From a virus (Duplodnaviria; Heunggongvirae; Uroviricota; Caudoviricetes), in the IMG/VR virus record IMGVR_UViG_3300035521_000566: a DNA stretch of 64,000 bases. One strand, 5' to 3'. This document shows, in pieces, positions 1 through 10,600 of the stretch. A program made the translations under genes and the position numbers. The notes below the pieces were generated by a model. It worked only from the letters and a program-made list of their open reading frames with translations, did no database searches and was not told the origin of the DNA. How positions within the stretch are numbered: position 1 is the first letter of the stretch; each line of letters begins with the position of its first letter.

Positions 1-3000
1 ACCATGCTGTGACAGCCACTGCATTTCAAACTTAACAGTTGCACTGTTCTTATCAGTATTACCATTTGCTCTCTCTTGCTTAATAAAGTCCTTACGAGCA
101 GCCATCTTAGCATAATGGTAATCCTGTTTTTCGTTCCAGTCAGCTTCAAAGTCTGCACGAGACATACCATAACTACGAGCTCTTGCCCACGCATTATCTT
201 CGGCTTCCTGATTTGCAGCTGCAATGTTCTCTTTCTTATTCTCAGATGCTCTGAGCTTTCTACCAGCTTCAAGCATTGCTTCTGGAAGTGGAGGATTTGC
301 TGATGCTTTTCTCCATTCGTTTGCAACATCAGTCAATGTCTCACGACGAATGTCGCTGTTATAACTCATATATCTATGCTGTGCTGCTTCTGCTAACTCG
401 GTATCCGTAAGAGCAGGTGTTTCGATATAATCGTGCCAGCTCTCAATGAATTCTGAAACAGCCTTAGACCTAGCCTCATCTGAAGTAGGCTCATCAGCAA
501 GCTGTGTGTCAAGTGCTACAATTGCAACAGAGTCACCATCGAAGTCACCATCGTAACCCTTATCCATAACAGGGTTAATAGCTACACCTACAAGATTCTC
601 GTCAACTTTTACGTGAAGATAACGAACACCAGCATCACGAAGAAGCGGGTCACGCCATACCATGACGCCGTCGCCCTCTTTGACACCAATTGCTTTTGCC
701 ATATCAGCACCGATTGCGACATCCTCGATGTTAAGTCGAGGGTCCGCTGTCCATACTGCAGTAGCTGAACGTGGCAGTGTATTCGTCATCATCTCGGATT
801 TGAAAGCATTATACTTGCTGTCAAACTTGTGCTTTATAATGTCACCTGTAATCTCGTCAAATGCACGCTGTGCACGGCTTCTACTCGTTTCCATTGTCTG
901 TCTGGCTTTCTCTTTATCAGCATCGCTTATATTAGAACTGAGCTTTCTTTCAGCGTCAATATATCTTACTGCGTGCTCATAAATTGTAGCATATTGCTTT
1001 GTGTAATCATGAACACTCTGGGTTCCATCTTCGAAACGTTGTCCGCTTCTCAGATAAGAACTAAGCACTGGTAAACCGTAAGATACTTTTGGCTCACCTG
1101 CAACTGTAGTCTTTGACTTGCTGCCTTCCAGTAAATCTTTATTACGATGAGCTTCAAAGGTCTTTCCATTACGTGTAACAGTCCAAGACTCTTTGTTGTA
1201 TCGAATCATCTTCTCACCTGGAACCTCGATTTCAGTTTCCTCTACCAGACGAGGAATCATTCCGCCGCCTTCAGGAAACTTTAATGGAAATGGAAGTTCC
1301 AAAAAACCACCCTTCTTACCAATCTCTTTGATAAAATCATTCTTAGATTTACGAATATCAAGAGATGTGATAGGTGCTTTGGCATTCTTTCTAACAACAG
1401 TCTTATACTGTGGTTCTGGCATTGCAAAGATATGTCTGCTCTCACCATTATGAGGCTCATAACTATCTTTGATATGACCTGTCTCATCCATATCAAGACC
1501 GCATACAATCATATACTCACGCATATTCTGGAATGCACGGTCGTTATCTGAATAAAATGACTTCTTAATTGCGACAGAACCTTTGGAATCCAAGCCCCAT
1601 CCTAACTGTGCTGATGCAGAACGTCCATTGCCTGCGTCAAACTCAGCTTCGTCATAGATATGAGTCTTCTCATCAACCGTCATATGAGTAACAATAAAAC
1701 GTGCTGTTCCGATAGAGCCTGGAAGTGTCTCGCCCGTTTTAGGATTTACCATATCATGAGTTTCCTGTCTACACTCCAGATAAGAACTTGCATTAAAACG
1801 ACCTACAGCAGCAAACGGAGCACCAACAACCTGAACATCAGGATTTGCTTCAAAGAAGTCATGAACTTCTGCAAGACCTTGCTCCTCTGCTTCTTCTCTT
1901 GTCATAGAAGTGTCGTATATCAGTGGGATAACACCCTTATTACCACCGAAGTCAAGAATCTTATCACCGACCTTCATCGGTCTCATATTACCATCATGGT
2001 CACGAACTGGATTCTCTCTTGCAAACTTATCAGTAACAACGAATCCATCATCAAAGTTCCAACCGCCAAGCGTCATCTGTGCCATCTGAATTGGTTCAGA
2101 CACTTTTTGTGCCTTCAGCAAGTTATTGAATACCATCTGACGTCTATCAAATGGAACATTGTCAGAGAACTGCATATACGGATGCAAGAACAATGCTGTT
2201 CTATCGTCCTTATTATCACTCGGAATAATATGTCCATCCATATCAACTTTGGCACCCTGAACCAGGTATCTTGTGATACCCTGTGTAATACCAGTTGATG
2301 TAGCATCTTTATCAAAGTAGCCATCGCTTTCTTCTGATAAGATTGCCATATTACGTCCGCCAGTAAGTGTCAATGCATCAGAGTTTAAATCATCAACTAA
2401 TATATATGGATTCTTTGTGCTCTGATAAGAAGCATTCAAGGTAGCACCCTCTTTGAACTTCTTGCCATAACTTACACGAGAAGCCTCTGTCTCAAGAATT
2501 GCTTTACGCAAATCATCATCCATACCCTCTTCTCTTGTAATCTCTACATAATCCACTGGATGCCTTACATCGTAGAGCTGTCTGTAAACGTGATTCAAAG
2601 AAGTAGTCTCACCACGAGGGGCTCCTTCGTATCTTGCGAACTCTACAAGCATATCTTTTTTCACATGAGAACGAATAGCTCTAGCCATATGCTGCTCATA
2701 ACCATCAAGTCTGGTTCTTTCTTCAAGAGAAAGATTCTCACCAGGCTTTTGTGGCAGAATTGTTGCTGTATAACCAGGAACGAACATATAGTTATCACCG
2801 TTCGCAAACTTTGTGATAACTCCAGGATATTCTGTTTCAGGAGCAAATATCTGTCCAATATAGCCTGTCATCTCAACAGTATCAAGACTTGCTTTACCTG
2901 CGTCCGCAACAGTCTTATTCTTACCGACTGCCTGTCTTACTTTATACTGAACAACTCCGTTCTCATCAATCAGAATGTCTTTATCTTCAACATAACAGCC

Positions 3001-5049
3001 CGATGTCTGCAATGTATTCTTGATTTCCTCGTTCATCTGACGAATAAACTTACTGGAGTGACTGCCCATTACGGCAGCAGTCTTATCATCAAACTTAAGC
3101 AAACGATTCTTAATAACGCCCGCATAGTAATCACTGCCCTTCATTTCTTCAGAGGTGATACCTGCCAAATCCATAGCGACAATCATTGTGTTATTGTTAT
3201 AATCAATTGACTGCTCCGTATCCATAAAGCTCGATACTCCGACAGGATTGAAACGCTTACCATTTGCATCTGGCTCATACTGACCAATGTTGGCGTCTAC
3301 GCTATCGGCTGCGTGCTGATGAATCTGCTCAACGATAGTACCCTGATAATACTGTGGTGCATCTGATTCTTCATCAAAACGTGAAACCTCGGTTCCAACA
3401 ACTGGAAGTGAAATTTCGCTGATGTCAGATGCCTCTGTAGTAAGAGCATACCAGTATTTCTTTTGGATACCTGCAATATCCTCATCCATAGAATAAGGAT
3501 ATACATAATCAGCGTCATCCCTATGTGCTTCTGCCTGAGCAATCATATCTTCAATGTTGAGTGCGTCCAAATAATTTGTTCTTGCACTCTGAACTGCATT
3601 CTGAAGATAATTGATTGCGTCATCTTTCGGTGATACAGCTTCAGTTGTCTCAGTTGCACGAACACCAAACCACTGTGTTCTCTCTGCTACCGCAGGAGAA
3701 ACAGTAATATTGCCTGCCTTGTACAAATTACCGTTAGCTGCATCATACTGGAATGTTGCATGACCGCTATTACTTGCATAATAAGCTGTATTTGATGCAA
3801 CATAACTGTTGGTATTGCTCTTCTTAGAAACAACTACGTCTGGCTGTCCAACCATCGGAGCACGCTCTTTATTTAATCTGTTCTGATTTATCTTCTCGAC
3901 AGGAATACCCTGCGTAAAGTGAATCAAATCCATAACATTCTTTGCTGTAGCCTGATACGGCTGTGACTCATAACCGCCTGAATTTGCAGGTTTACGCTCA
4001 TCAGTCGAGAATCTGTAATTCATGTTATATGCCATTACTTTGCCAAAGTTAAAGCCAAAGTTGGAACCAGCCTGAGGAACTACAGTAACATTAGAACCAT
4101 AATCATTCAATCTGGCAATCAACTCACCTGAATCACGGCAATAAACACTATAATCATATCCTTCTTCGCTCATCAGTCTAAGTAACTCTGCTGACTGTCT
4201 AAGCTGCTCTTTTGTAGGACGTGTACCACTATGAGCTCTTACATATATATTACGAATATTGCTATATTCGTCTGATGATAAATAAGGCTTGAATGCAGCA
4301 AAACCAGTAACATCATCTATATCATAAAATGGTACAACATTTTTCACTGGATAACTGCCATCAGCTAATGAACCATATCGCTTCGGCATATCGTTCCAAG
4401 ATTTTGCACGACCTCTGTACATATATATGTTAGATGTAACGCCTGTCGGCTGAGCATACCACATACCAACCTGCTCAAACATAGACTTATCTACATAGAG
4501 AATTTCAGAAGGATTCCTTAAGAATGCACTTCTGTCCTGAAATGTCTCGTCATATGGTGATAACGGAATAAAATCTGTTAAACCGTTATTGTTTGACATA
4601 CGGTGCGACTCAAACATATTTGTAGTAATGTCCTTATATGTAGCTTCTGAAATATTTGCTTCTGGAAATACTTCGTTTAGAGTGGCAAGTATCTCAGAAG
4701 TACGATTGTTTGCCTGAGCGACAACGTCTGCATCGGCTGAAGAAAGTGATGCTAAAATATTCGGTCCTGAAAAAGAAAGAACAGCATCATCGTTAAAATC
4801 GAAATGCTTACCCTTCGCAGTGTATGCACGCAACGTATTCAAATATGACTTTGTTGCTGGTTGTTCTCTCAACTTGTTAATCCATTGACGGCGAATATTA
4901 CGAGCTTCACTTACAGTAATAGGTTTCTGATGTGCGTCTAAACGCTGTTCATTAACCTTTTGCACAGCCAACGCAAAAACATACTCGTTTGCCATTTTCT
5001 GATATACATTTTTGCTTGGAAGTGCATCATAAGATTTGTAATCTGACAT
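1..5049 (-). CDS. giant multisubunit-RNAP-like protein (fused beta / beta-prime homolog), N-terminal 1683 aa; ORF continues beyond window start
   Basis: ATG at 5049-5047 with SD AAAGGAG ~8 nt upstream. Hand translation found no in-frame stop down to nt 1. Motifs KVGDKILDFGGNKGV (nt ~1929-1970; cf RpoB GDKxAGRHGNKGV), ARFIVTHMTVDEKTHIY (nt ~1660-1710; cf RpoB LKLHHLVDDKMHAR), VMVWRDPLLRDAGVRYLHVKVDENLVGVAINPVMDKGYDGDFDGDSVAIV (nt ~531-700; cf RpoC NRAPTLH...NADFDGDQMAVH). Confidence 0.6.
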   Translation of the reverse strand, partial: MSDYKSYDALPSKNVYQKMANEYVFALAVQKVNEQRLDAHQKPITVSEARNIRRQWINKLREQPATKSYLNTLRAYTAKGKHFDFNDDAVLSFSGPNILASLSSADADVVAQANNRTSEILATLNEVFPEANISEATYKDITTNMFESHRMSNNNGLTDFIPLSPYDETFQDRSAFLRNPSEILYVDKSMFEQVGMWYAQPTGVTSNIYMYRGRAKSWNDMPKRYGSLADGSYPVKNVVPFYDIDDVTGFAAFKPYLSSDEYSNIRNIYVRAHSGTRPTKEQLRQSAELLRLMSEEGYDYSVYCRDSGELIARLNDYGSNVTVVPQAGSNFGFNFGKVMAYNMNYRFSTDERKPANSGGYESQPYQATAKNVMDLIHFTQGIPVEKINQNRLNKERAPMVGQPDVVVSKKSNTNSYVASNTAYYASNSGHATFQYDAANGNLYKAGNITVSPAVAERTQWFGVRATETTEAVSPKDDAINYLQNAVQSARTNYLDALNIEDMIAQAEAHRDDADYVYPYSMDEDIAGIQKKYWYALTTEASDISEISLPVVGTEVSRFDEESDAPQYYQGTIVEQIHQHAADSVDANIGQYEPDANGKRFNPVGVSSFMDTEQSIDYNNNTMIVAMDLAGITSEEMKGSDYYAGVIKNRLLKFDDKTAAVMGSHSSKFIRQMNEEIKNTLQTSGCYVEDKDILIDENGVVQYKVRQAVGKNKTVADAGKASLDTVEMTGYIGQIFAPETEYPGVITKFANGDNYMFVPGYTATILPQKPGENLSLEERTRLDGYEQHMARAIRSHVKKDMLVEFARYEGAPRGETTSLNHVYRQLYDVRHPVDYVEITREEGMDDDLRKAILETEASRVSYGKKFKEGATLNASYQSTKNPYILVDDLNSDALTLTGGRNMAILSEESDGYFDKDATSTGITQGITRYLVQGAKVDMDGHIIPSDNKDDRTALFLHPYMQFSDNVPFDRRQMVFNNLLKAQKVSEPIQMAQMTLGGWNFDDGFVVTDKFARENPVRDHDGNMRPMKVGDKILDFGGNKGVIPLIYDTSMTREEAEEQGLAEVHDFFEANPDVQVVGAPFAAVGRFNASSYLECRQETHDMVNPKTGETLPGSIGTARFIVTHMTVDEKTHIYDEAEFDAGNGRSASAQLGWGLDSKGSVAIKKSFYSDNDRAFQNMREYMIVCGLDMDETGHIKDSYEPHNGESRHIFAMPEPQYKTVVRKNAKAPITSLDIRKSKNDFIKEIGKKGGFLELPFPLKFPEGGGMIPRLVEETEIEVPGEKMIRYNKESWTVTRNGKTFEAHRNKDLLEGSKSKTTVAGEPKVSYGLPVLSSYLRSGQRFEDGTQSVHDYTKQYATIYEHAVRYIDAERKLSSNISDADKEKARQTMETSRSRAQRAFDEITGDIIKHKFDSKYNAFKSEMMTNTLPRSATAVWTADPRLNIEDVAIGADMAKAIGVKEGDGVMVWRDPLLRDAGVRYLHVKVDENLVGVAINPVMDKGYDGDFDGDSVAIVALDTQLADEPTSDEARSKAVSEFIESWHDYIETPALTDTELAEAAQHRYMSYNSDIRRETLTDVANEWRKASANPPLPEAMLEAGRKLRASENKKENIAAANQEAEDNAWARARSYGMSRADFEADWNEKQDYHYAKMAARKDFIKQERANGNTDKNSATVKFEMQWLSQHG

Positions 5050-5081
5050 AATGAATAAGCTCCTTTCTAGTTATTATGTTT

Positions 5082-5110
5082 ATTATATATCCATATATGG
5101 AGATTGTCAA
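5082..5110 (-). promoter_or_regulatory. class A promoter: TTGACA-ATCTCCATATATGGATA-TATAAT, drives the giant RNAP-like gene
   Basis: Exact -35 and -10 consensus with 17-nt spacer read on the minus strand; start codon 33 nt downstream. Confidence 0.6.
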
Positions 5111-5210
5111 CAACTGATAATTTTTACAAAAATTTACGGCAACAGACACGCTGCTACCGAAACCTTATTATTAGTCAATTGCAGACTAACTGCAATTATA
5201 GGAACTACCG

Positions 5211-5305
5211 TTACTTTTTATTTAGAAAAAGATGCAAAAAGATGCAAAAAGATGCAAAAAGATGCAAAAAGATGCAAAAAGATGCAAAAAGATGCAAAAA
5301 GATGC
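5211..5305. repeat. tandem 10-bp repeat AAAAGATGCA x9 (phased A5 tracts, predicted intrinsically curved DNA) ~100 bp upstream of the class A promoter of the RNAP-like gene
   Basis: Direct reading of the sequence; period 10 bp matches the helical repeat. Confidence 0.6.
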
Positions 5306-5335
5306 AGAGCCGAAGCTCTGCACCCAAAAAATATA
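5306..5335 (-). terminator. rho-independent terminator (GCAGAGC-TTCG-GCTCTGC + U-run on minus strand) after gene 5370..6890
   Basis: Hairpin followed by T-rich tract on the transcribed strand. Confidence 0.5.
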
Positions 5336-5369
5336 GGAGGTCGGGCTCCAAACAGCCCTCTCTGATTAG

Positions 5370-6890
5370 CTACTCATATACATACATTTCAATACTTGTG
5401 AGCACACCATCTACGAATGAAAACTCAAAACTTCTGTCGTCTGAGTCATATGTATAATAAGTGTATTCACCCCAACTGTCAGTGCTGATACTCTGATAAG
5501 AAGGCTCTCCTAAAATTGCCTTTACATTATCAGTTGTAGATGCAAATGTGACACCGTCTATAGATACATTCGGTCTCTCGCTGCCCGTGCAGCTACCGAA
5601 ATCAAGTTCAAAACCTGAAAATCCTGAACTCGAAATACCAGCGATGGTACTGTTATTGCTGCCACGGTCTGACTGATATACGAATAAAATTGCGTCTGGA
5701 TACTTTGCATTTTCAGCAGTACAGAAACTATATTCACCATCGTCATTTATATCAAGCTGCCAGCCGTCTGCACCAAATATGCTGTCAAACGAATTATTTT
5801 TATATGATAAACTGACTCCGTTGTAAGACATAACATCAGATGTCACAAGACTCTGACTTGGTTCTGTTCCAGTCCAAGCATCAGACTCTGAAGTATCTTC
5901 TGCATCAGTATCATTTGTAATATCAGAAGAACTGTCTGTAGAATCATCAGTTTCGTCGATTATAGAATCATCTATATCTTCGATTATGGACTCATCTGAA
6001 GCTTCAACTGCATTCTTTTTAATGTCTTTAGAAGCCTGTACATCATCTGATTCAATCTTTCCAAAGTCAGAAAAATCAAAATCAATATCAATCGTAATAC
6101 TGAGTTCCAATTCCTGTCCGTCACTCTCAAAAGTGGTTGAATATACCAAATCTTCGGACTTAAGACTCTCTAAGTTAAAATCTGAATCGAATACATATAC
6201 AACAGATGCTTTTCCAAAAGCTTCAAGTACATCATCTGCATCAATATCATCGTTAATTGAGCTTACTGCGTCATCCAGACTATCTGTATCTCCCATAAAC
6301 TCTTTAAAGCTATCACTCTCAAGAATAGATGATACTGGCTGTGTTACAGTATATGTATCAGAATCTTTGTCATAGGACATTTTAGAATCATCAAACAAAC
6401 TGGTATCTATATTCTGGCTCGTAAGCATTGTTAACTTATCTTTATTCTCAGTCACCTCAGAATATGTCCAATCAGATGTCTCACCGTCCTGTGTTTCCTG
6501 CATGTAAACAATAGGATTTTCTTCATCAAAATCCATATATGTTTCAGCCTTTACATTCGTCTGTTGACCCATTACTTCCATATCCATTGATACATTAAGG
6601 TGTGAATACTGACCAGCGACATCGCCCTTAATACCTAAATCAATAGGAATAGACATACTTACGCCTTCTGCACTTATGTCGATACCCGCAGTAATCGTAC
6701 CATCCATGCTGTAATTTGTATTATCATTTTTCTGCCAGTTTGCAACTACATCAGCAGCAGTTTCAGGCTTCTTCGAGTTCTTTCCAATTTCAATGCTGCA
6801 ACCCGACAACATAGACGCACTCAGCAGAAACATAGTTCCTGCTATAAAAACCTTCTTCTTTCTCATAGTCGTATGCTCCTTCTTACCCAA
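5370..6890 (-). CDS. acidic Ser/Thr/Asp-rich lipoprotein (signal peptide + lipobox LSGCS)
   Basis: Six-frame ORF; N-terminal MRKKKVFIAGTMFLLSASMLSGCS; low-complexity D/S/T-rich body. Confidence 0.55.
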   Translation of the reverse strand: MGKKEHTTMRKKKVFIAGTMFLLSASMLSGCSIEIGKNSKKPETAADVVANWQKNDNTNYSMDGTITAGIDISAEGVSMSIPIDLGIKGDVAGQYSHLNVSMDMEVMGQQTNVKAETYMDFDEENPIVYMQETQDGETSDWTYSEVTENKDKLTMLTSQNIDTSLFDDSKMSYDKDSDTYTVTQPVSSILESDSFKEFMGDTDSLDDAVSSINDDIDADDVLEAFGKASVVYVFDSDFNLESLKSEDLVYSTTFESDGQELELSITIDIDFDFSDFGKIESDDVQASKDIKKNAVEASDESIIEDIDDSIIDETDDSTDSSSDITNDTDAEDTSESDAWTGTEPSQSLVTSDVMSYNGVSLSYKNNSFDSIFGADGWQLDINDDGEYSFCTAENAKYPDAILFVYQSDRGSNNSTIAGISSSGFSGFELDFGSCTGSERPNVSIDGVTFASTTDNVKAILGEPSYQSISTDSWGEYTYYTYDSDDRSFEFSFVDGVLTSIEMYVYE

Positions 6891-6966
6891 ATATATTATA
6901 TGACTATTTTCGTCACATTGTATTGATTATATCTCAAATATGCTGATAAATCAAGAAGTTTTTTAT

Positions 6967-7503
6967 TTAATCAAACTCTGGGGAACCAATCTGCTTATCA
7001 GATTGATTAAATTCCTGCATTTTTCGTTCCATGTCTTCGGTTCGATACTCATAATCAAGACGCTTTTTAATTACGTTTGGATTGTGAATAGCTATACTTT
7101 CTAAAATGTTTTGAGCTCTGTCATACTGTAGCACAGCGTCTTTTTGCTCGCCTTCAAGTTTCGTACCTTCAAAACTCTTTGCTCTAAGATTCGCAGCATC
7201 ATACTCTTCGTTCAATTCTGCCATACTCTCACGCATCGTTTCAACGGCATATTTCATACCATTCTCGTCAGCATTTAAAGTCATATTCAGCCATTCGTCT
7301 CTCAACGACTCTTTGGTCGCATCATTATCCATAATCTCATAAGAATCAGAATAATCCATTGTATAAGACGCCATTTTATCTGCCAAATCAGCAGCCCTAC
7401 GCTGACGCTCTTCTTCAGACATTTTAAATGGTGTATTAGCATAACGTTCTAACACTTGTCTGTCTTTCTCAAATCTGGATACTTCAGGTCTCTGTATACT
7501 CAT
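6967..7503 (-). CDS. hypothetical protein (178 aa)
   Basis: ORF with SD (AAAAAGGAGTGA) and class A promoter 36 nt upstream. Confidence 0.55.
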   Translation of the reverse strand: MSIQRPEVSRFEKDRQVLERYANTPFKMSEEERQRRAADLADKMASYTMDYSDSYEIMDNDATKESLRDEWLNMTLNADENGMKYAVETMRESMAELNEEYDAANLRAKSFEGTKLEGEQKDAVLQYDRAQNILESIAIHNPNVIKKRLDYEYRTEDMERKMQEFNQSDKQIGSPEFD

Positions 7504-7538
7504 AATAAGTCACTCCTTTTTATTTATTATTCTAAAAT

Positions 7539-7567
7539 ATTATATCTCCATATATGGAGATTGTCAA
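7539..7567 (-). promoter_or_regulatory. class A promoter: TTGACA-ATCTCCATATATGGAGA-TATAAT
   Basis: Upstream of gene 6967..7503. Confidence 0.6.
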
Positions 7568-7621
7568 TACAATAAAAAGGACACTCTGTTTACTAGAGCG
7601 TCCTAATTATTTATGATTAGA

Positions 7622-10600
7622 TTATTTCGTCTTGACCTGCTTTACATTTGACCAGCTGCCATAAACTTTCTGACCGTTAACTGTCTTATATGCTCGAACT
7701 CTCACATAATAAGTCGTCTTAGCCTTAAGGTTCTTAATAGTAACCGATGTGCCTGTTATTGCTTTCTTACCTGGCAATCTCATATTTGACTGAGTAGAAT
7801 ACTCTATCTCGTATCCTGATGTACCAGACACTTTATCAAACGAAACCTTGAACTGCTTTGCACCAGCCACAAGCTTGACATTTGCAACCTTTGCCACATT
7901 TATCTTAGACCACTTAGCATACACAGTGATATTGCCAGTGCTTCCCTTTGTAACATTGGTAAGTCGCTTGGTCAAAGCCTTATCAGTATACCAGCCTTTG
8001 AACTCATATCCATATCGTGTTGCTGGATATAATGTAAAGGTCTTTGTATCCTTTGTGTATGATGTTAAATTAAGTGAATTGTTCTTGGTTCCACCATTTA
8101 ACACATAAGTTATGCTGTACTTACCAGAAGTCAGCTTTGCAATTGTCTTAGTCTTAGTTGTTCTGCAAATATTGCATGTGTAGGTCATAATACCAGTCGA
8201 TGACTCTGTAGCCTTCTTTGTGACCTTACCGCTATTCCACTGATGAGTGCTCAACTTTACAATACTCTTACCATTTGAAATCAGCTCACCACAGGTTTTG
8301 CAATATGTATCACCTGTATAGCCTTCGGACTTACATGTAGCATCAAACTTATTCCTAATTTCAGTAGATGCGTGCTTGCATATTACTTTCAATTTTGAAA
8401 TACTCTCTGTATAAGTGTCACCACAATTAGAACAAGTAAATGTTCTAATGCCTGCAGACTCTGTTGTAGCCTGTACGGTAACAACATCGGTGTAAGTATG
8501 TCCTAATGCTTTAATAACTGTTCCAGTTGTTAAAATTTCGTTGCATAGCGTACACTTTATATCGCCTGCATATCCGTTTTCAGTGCAAGTAGCACCTTTT
8601 ACATTTACAATCTCTGTCTCAGAATGAACAGCTAACTTAGGTATCTGAACATTCTTCACAGTATCGCAATTGAGACACTTGCATGTTATTACACCAGAAG
8701 CTTTACAGGTAGGTTCTGTTACAACAGTACCATCATCCCATATATGCTGCAGCTTAGCAATATTTGCTGTCTTCTGCTCTCCACATATAAGACAGGTATA
8801 AAGCTTTGTACCATACTCGCTACAAGTAGGCTGTGACGCTACTCTTGAAACATAAACACAAGTGTGTTCTTCAATCGGAGTGTCGGGTTCAGGACTCTCT
8901 GATTCTGATGGCAACTTTGCAACTTCTTCGGTCTTAGTAATCTCACATACTGCACAGGTATATGTCTTAATACCTGTTGATGTTGTTGTAGGCTGTTTTG
9001 TGATTGAGCCGTTGTCCCAAGTATGAGTAGTAAGCTTTGCAATAGACTCTGTTCTTGTATCATGGCACTCGCTACAAGTGTATGTCTTAACACCAGCCTC
9101 TTTGCAAGTAGCTTGCTTTGTAACCTCGCCAGCATTCCAAGTATGTGCTGAAGCATCTACTGGAACTTCTTCGGTCTTTGTCTCATTACAACCTGAGCAA
9201 TGATAAGTTCTAACACCCTTCTTTGCACAGGTAGGTTCTGCTGTAACGGTACCACTGTCCCATGCGTGCTGATGTGTCAACTTTGCAACGGACTCTGTTT
9301 TTGTTGTACCACATACAGTACAAGTATATGTCTTAATACCTTCTGATGTCTCAGTCGGTTGCGTAGTAACTACGCCGTTGTTCCATGTATGTTCTGTTAA
9401 CTTAGCTATCTGCTCTGTCTTAGTTGTCTTGCAAACAGCACAGGTGAAAGTCTTTATTCCGAAATCCTTGCATGTTGACTGTGTAGTAACTATACCATCA
9501 TCCCAAGTATGATTTACTTTTGAAATAGCAGTTACTTCAGTCTTAGAATCACATCTGGAACAATGCTTTGACTTTGAGCCTTCTTGGCTGCAAGTAGGTT
9601 CTGTATCAACCGTAAATTCAGTTGAATAATCATGACCCAAAGACTGAATATCTTCAGTTGTGGTAGTATGACAAACAGTACATTCCTTCGTCAAAATACC
9701 GTTATCTTCACAAGTAGCTTCTTTCGTAACGGTACCTGAGTTCCAAGAATGAGTAGTCAGCTTCGGAATAACAGTTACCTCAGTCTTAGAATCGCATGAC
9801 ATACAGTGCTTTGATTTTGAGCCTTCTTGATTACAATTCGGCTCTACATCAACTGTAAAATCACTTGAATAATTATGCTCTAACTTCGGAATATTGTCTC
9901 TTGTTTCTGTTGTGCCACAAATCGTGCAAGTGTAAGTTGTCTGACCATATGCAGAACAAGTTGCTTCTCGTGTCACTTCTCCATCATTCCAAGTATGCTC
10001 ACCAGTAGCCGATATTTCTTCGGTCTTAGTAATTCCACAGATTTCGCAAGTATAAGTTCTTAAGCCAGGCTTACATGACGGTGTCACCGTAACCTCACCA
10101 TCATTCCACTTATGACCTGTATGCGTAATCACTTCAACTGTAGCAGATGAACAGCCTTCGTTTGAACACTTAAACTCTTTATAACCATCTTCTTCGCATG
10201 TAGCATCAACAACATCGCCTGCTATTGTATAATTATGCAACGTGCTGTCAGCTGGAATAACTTCTGTATAAGAGTGTCCACAATCACAATAATAAGCCTG
10301 TGAACCTGTTTTAAAACAAGTTGGATTTACAGTAGCACCCTTATTATAGTTATGGACTTCATAACCCTCATATAAAGTGATACTTGCACGATTATTATTC
10401 CAATCATCTAAGTCAAAAAGCGTTGTACGAGCTTCATCTGTATACCACTTCGTAAAGTGATATAATTCGTTGTCTGCAAAATCAACAGTAGGAAATTCTG
10501 CATTTCCGTCAATAGTAAATGATGCAGACTTGTCATATTCAGAATTAGAGTCTGATGAGTCTTTAATCAAGACACCTGAATTACCTTCAGCATCATTTTG

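Noticed and set aside
1-5049. crAss-like two-barrel virion RNAP (DxDGD only)
   Set aside because: Canonical RpoB-type (GDK..GNKGV, HxxVDEKxH) and RpoC-type (NRAPTLH-like...NADFDGD) blocks are both readable in the correct order. Strong Shine-Dalgarno sites and sigma-70 consensus promoters also argue against a Bacteroidota host.
5211-5305. Possible CRISPR array (tandem repeats)
   Set aside because: The unit is only 10 bp with no spacers, and no cas genes are present. It is a simple satellite with phased A-tracts.
7848-8108. Small plus-strand track ORFs inside large minus-strand genes (e.g. 7848..8108, 8839..9156, 15555..15752, 19726..20258, 54039..54758)
   Set aside because: They are fully embedded antisense or out-of-frame within well-supported long genes, have no RBS, and have low-complexity translations.
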